Shown: positions 42,676 to 45,568 of the stretch, one piece after another
How the letters are laid out: each line of letters starts with the position of its first letter
How positions within the stretch are numbered: position 1 is the first letter of the stretch
DNA from: a virus
IMG/VR virus record: IMGVR_UViG_3300031418_000024
DNA: 45,568 bases
Reading direction: 5' to 3' (one strand)
The notes under the pieces: model-generated
Seen by the model: the letters and a program-made list of their open reading frames with translations, nothing else
What the model was told of the DNA's origin: nothing
Database searches by the model: none
Translations under genes and position numbers: made by a program

Positions 42676-42911
42676 TTATCGCCGCATACGCCTTCCTGTA
42701 CCTGCTAATCGGCTTCCTGGTGGCGTGCTTGGTTATGAGAGGAGAAGATGAGGATAAATCTGTATGGTTTATAGTGATCTGGTTGCTTTGGCCCTTGCAT
42801 ATTGCTGCCAGCGCCCTTGCTTTCACAATCAGAAAAATTAACCAATTCGCCGCCTTCGTCCTTCGCAACCTTAACCAATTCGCCGCCTTCATCCTTCGCA
42901 AATTGCGTTAA
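42672..42911 (+). CDS. Small membrane protein with a tandemly repeated C-terminus
   Basis: Two transmembrane segments; INQFAAFVLRN / LNQFAAFILRK encoded by a 33-bp tandem repeat. Confidence 0.5.
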   Translation: MIIAAYAFLYLLIGFLVACLVMRGEDEDKSVWFIVIWLLWPLHIAASALAFTIRKINQFAAFVLRNLNQFAAFILRKLR

Positions 42912-42919
42912 CCAATCGC
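42838..42919 (+). repeat. 33-bp tandem repeat (two full copies plus a partial third, each starting TTAACCAAT) 85-165 bp upstream of terS
   Basis: ttaaccaattcgccgccttcRtccttcgcaa at 42838 and 42871; ttaaccaatcgc at 42908. Confidence 0.85.
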
Positions 42920-43002
42920 ACGCTATACACTTGCCGGGTCGTCCCAGGGGGATGGCCTGGCAGATCGGATGGTCCGACGCCAGCAGAGCAGAGGACTGAA
43001 TC

Positions 43003-43569
43003 ATGGCACCACGTAAGAAGCCCGCAGCAGACAAGCCCGTTGACACCCGCCCGAAGTATGACCCCGATCAGGTCTCTTTCACCGTTGGCCGTAATGGCTA
43101 CAAGATTGGCCGCCCGACGAAGTATGACCCCGCATTCATCGAACTCATGTATGACTACTATGACGTTGACGTTCAGGATCTGGTCATGCAGGGTCGCGCT
43201 GATAATGGCCGTCCGTATGCCGCCTATAAGGTCGGCTCCATGCCCAGCACCCGAGGCTTCGCCCGCTCCATCGGCACCTGGCATGATGTGGTGATCGACT
43301 GGACGAAGCAGCACGACGAGTTCAAGGTTGCCTATGCCCGCTGCATGAATCACCTGGAGTTCCTGAAGGGTGAAATCGCGCGCGCCGTGGACCGTCCTAC
43401 CGGCTTCATCTTCGACCTCAAATGCAACCATGGCTGGCGTGATAACGACCAGGCCACCCCTGTCGCAGTGAGCAGCGGAACAAAGGTCGTGATGGAGTTC
43501 GTAGCTGACAAGCCTCCTGTGGATGAGCAGACGAATGTGCAAGGTGGAGAGGGCAGCGGCGATGAGTGA
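43003..43569 (+). CDS. terS: Terminase small subunit
   Basis: Basic N-terminus, GRPTKYDP HTH-like segment; immediately upstream of and overlapping terL. Confidence 0.65.
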   Translation: MAPRKKPAADKPVDTRPKYDPDQVSFTVGRNGYKIGRPTKYDPAFIELMYDYYDVDVQDLVMQGRADNGRPYAAYKVGSMPSTRGFARSIGTWHDVVIDWTKQHDEFKVAYARCMNHLEFLKGEIARAVDRPTGFIFDLKCNHGWRDNDQATPVAVSSGTKVVMEFVADKPPVDEQTNVQGGEGSGDE

Positions 43570-44959
43570 GGTCATGGAAATCCGCAAACAGATGCCGTTA
43601 CTTCCCCACCAGATGGAGCTGATGATGGACACCACCACCCAGATCCTGGGCATGTGCTCAGGGTTCGGTGGTGGTAAGTCATTCTCCGCCGCCCGTAAGG
43701 CTGTCCAGCTGCTGCTGCTCAACCCTGGCTGTGATGGCATCGTGACGGAGCCAACCTACCCGCTGCTGACCCAGATCATGGTTCCAGAGCTTAAGACGGC
43801 TCTGGAGGCGTTCGAGGTGCCTTACCGCTACAACAAGGTGGAGAATATCTTCTACTGCGTCGTGGAGGACCAGCCTACCCGTATCATCTGCGCGTCAATG
43901 GAGAACTACTCGCGCCTGATTGGTATCAACGCCGCCTGGATCGTATCCGACGAGTTCGACACCACGAAGCATGAGGTCGCTATTGAGGCGTTCCGCAAGC
44001 TGATCGGGCGTATCCGTCGCGGCAAGGTGCGCCAGTTCGTCATCGTGTCAACGCCGGAAGGCTACCGGGCCATGTACCAGATCTTTGTGCTGGAGAACAA
44101 CCCGCGCGATCCGAAGTACAAGGCAGGCCAGAAGCGCCTCATCAAGGCCCGCACCTATGACAACCACCATCTCCCGGCTGACTACATCGAACGAATGGAG
44201 TCACTCTATCCTGGTGCGCACATCAAAGCCTACCTGAACGGCGAGTTCACCAACCTCACCCAGGGTTCCATTTATCATGAGTTCAGCCGCGAGCTGAATA
44301 AGTGCGACACAGTGGTGCGCCCAGGCGAAGACCTGCACATCGGCCAGGACTTCAACGTCGGTAAACAGGCGTCGTGTGTGTGCGTGAAGCGTATTGTGAT
44401 GATGCCGGTTGCGGGCACGGCGTACTGGGACGAGCTAAGCAATTCAGTGCAGTGCGAGATGGAACCGGTGGAGCAGCTGCACGTAGTTGATGAGTTCTTT
44501 GGTCAGCTGGACACGAAGGCGACGATCAAGGCCATTCAGGATAAGTATCAGCCAGAGGGCAGCCAGGCGGGGGATGATAATTACCACACCATCCACATCT
44601 ACCCCGATGCATCAGGCCGCAACCGCAAGACGAACAACGCCAGCACCTCAGACATCGCTATGCTGGAGGAGGCTGGATTCTACGTCCATGCGGGTGCATC
44701 AAACCCGGCTGTGCAGGACCGCATCTTGTCCATGAATAGCCTGATCAACAATGCGCGCAATCTCCGCCGCCTACTTGTTAACCCTACCTGCGAGACTGTC
44801 ACCAACTGTCTGGAGCGCCAGGTATACAACGAGAAGACCGGAGAGCCTGAAAAGGGCAAGCACGACCACATGAATGACGCTCTGGGCTACGTGGTTAATA
44901 CCCTGTATCCTGTGCTCAAACCGATGCATGATGACGTTGATTTTGACATTTACGGATAA
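43562..44959 (+). CDS. terL: Terminase large subunit
   Basis: Walker A SGFGGGKS, Walker B VSDEFD, C-terminal nuclease-like DxxD/HDHMNDA motifs; ATG 43562 overlaps the terS stop. Confidence 0.9.
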   Translation: MSEVMEIRKQMPLLPHQMELMMDTTTQILGMCSGFGGGKSFSAARKAVQLLLLNPGCDGIVTEPTYPLLTQIMVPELKTALEAFEVPYRYNKVENIFYCVVEDQPTRIICASMENYSRLIGINAAWIVSDEFDTTKHEVAIEAFRKLIGRIRRGKVRQFVIVSTPEGYRAMYQIFVLENNPRDPKYKAGQKRLIKARTYDNHHLPADYIERMESLYPGAHIKAYLNGEFTNLTQGSIYHEFSRELNKCDTVVRPGEDLHIGQDFNVGKQASCVCVKRIVMMPVAGTAYWDELSNSVQCEMEPVEQLHVVDEFFGQLDTKATIKAIQDKYQPEGSQAGDDNYHTIHIYPDASGRNRKTNNASTSDIAMLEEAGFYVHAGASNPAVQDRILSMNSLINNARNLRRLLVNPTCETVTNCLERQVYNEKTGEPEKGKHDHMNDALGYVVNTLYPVLKPMHDDVDFDIYG

Positions 44960-44970
44960 GGGGCAGACCA

Positions 44971-45568
44971 GTGAACGAACGTTTGAACGTTGATACCCGC
45001 CATCCGTCCTATGACACCTATGCGCCCGAATGGGCGCTTATTCGTGACTGTGTGGACGGAGAGCGCGCGATTAAAGCCAGGGGTGAGCTTTACCTCCCAT
45101 TCCCTGGCGTGAACCCGAAAGACACACACAAGGCCGCTAAGCGCTATAAGAACTACAAGCACCGCGCCGCCTTCCTGAATGCCACCGGCCGCACGCTTGA
45201 CGCGCTGCTGGGTGTCGCGTTCGCGAAGCCGATTGCCGTTGCCGTCTCTGGCGCGCTCAGTCTGCTGGAGAACGACACGGACGGATCAGGGCAGTCACTG
45301 GCCCAGCTCTGCCGTAACTCGCTCACTCAGGTGCTGACGCGCGGGCGTATGGGCTATTGGGTGGACTACGAGACGCCAATGATGGAGGAGGACGGAACCC
45401 AGACAGCAGAGCAGGCGGCGGCCAACCGTGCGCGCGTGCGCCTGATCGAGGCTCCGGAAATCATCAACTGGCGCGTAGTGGACGGCGTCACGACCCTGGT
45501 CGTGTTCAAGATCCACGATCAGCTGGCCGGTTCAGTGGATGACTTCGGCGATCTGCCGGTGACGAAGT
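44971..45568 (+). CDS. Portal protein, N-terminal part (GTG start; runs off the window end and continues at base 1)
   Basis: aagggg RBS before GTG 44971; no stop in frame 1 to the window end; in phase with 1-1077. Confidence 0.8.
   Translation, partial: MNERLNVDTRHPSYDTYAPEWALIRDCVDGERAIKARGELYLPFPGVNPKDTHKAAKRYKNYKHRAAFLNATGRTLDALLGVAFAKPIAVAVSGALSLLENDTDGSGQSLAQLCRNSLTQVLTRGRMGYWVDYETPMMEEDGTQTAEQAAANRARVRLIEAPEIINWRVVDGVTTLVVFKIHDQLAGSVDDFGDLPVTK
45442..45568. repeat. Second copy of the window-terminal duplication (identical to 1-127)
   Basis: Exact identity on direct comparison. Confidence 0.95.

Noticed and set aside
1-45568. A whole-window search by eye for tRNA genes, CRISPR arrays, transposase/IS elements and introns around the HNH gene.
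   Set aside because: The non-coding gaps are short and are accounted for by promoters, terminators and the structured repeats. No cloverleaf-like or spaced direct-repeat pattern was seen. tRNAscan or Infernal would be needed for certainty.

Overview
The window is a complete, circularly closed phage genome. Bases 1-127 repeat exactly at 45442-45568, giving a 45,441-bp unit, and the portal gene reads in frame across the junction. By gene order and content it looks like a virulent T1-like (Drexlerviridae-type) siphovirus of an enterobacterial host; this assignment is inference, since no database search was possible. Modules: (1) packaging and head, 43003 across the junction to 6697 (terS, terL, portal, SPP1 gp7/Mu F-like protein, scaffold, major capsid, connectors), interrupted by an antisense HNH endonuclease at 2324-2722; (2) lambda-like tail, 6722-20750 (major tail, G/GT chaperones with an A_AAA_AAC -1 slip site, tape measure, M/L/K/I/J homologues, beta-helix depolymerase-type tailspike, Ig-like protein); (3) leftward recombination/replication block, 20778-25835 (XRE HTH, SSB, Erf, PD-(D/E)XK exonuclease, VRR-NUC, DEAH helicase); (4) rightward accessory block, 25905-31873 (Dam-type methylase, small ORFs, a DpdA-like DNA guanine transglycosylase candidate, lipoprotein, Myb-like repeat protein, MazG-like protein); (5) lysis cassette, 31983-33902 (holin, membrane protein, Rz with embedded Rz1, GH24-type endolysin); (6) leftward early/accessory block, 33995-38570 (mostly unknown, including a YadA-anchor trimeric-autotransporter-like protein); (7) primase/helicase, 38804-41515. 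I found no tRNA, CRISPR array, integrase or transposase. Most notable observations: two inverted 121-bp structured elements (57-bp quasi-palindrome plus 24-bp palindrome, with one compensatory stem change) bracketing the packaging module; a lone DpdA-like gene with no preQ0 pathway genes; a phage-borne autotransporter-like outer-membrane protein; a conserved family of early promoters; and several small regulatory oddities. All functional calls rest on motifs read by eye and need HMM or structure confirmation.
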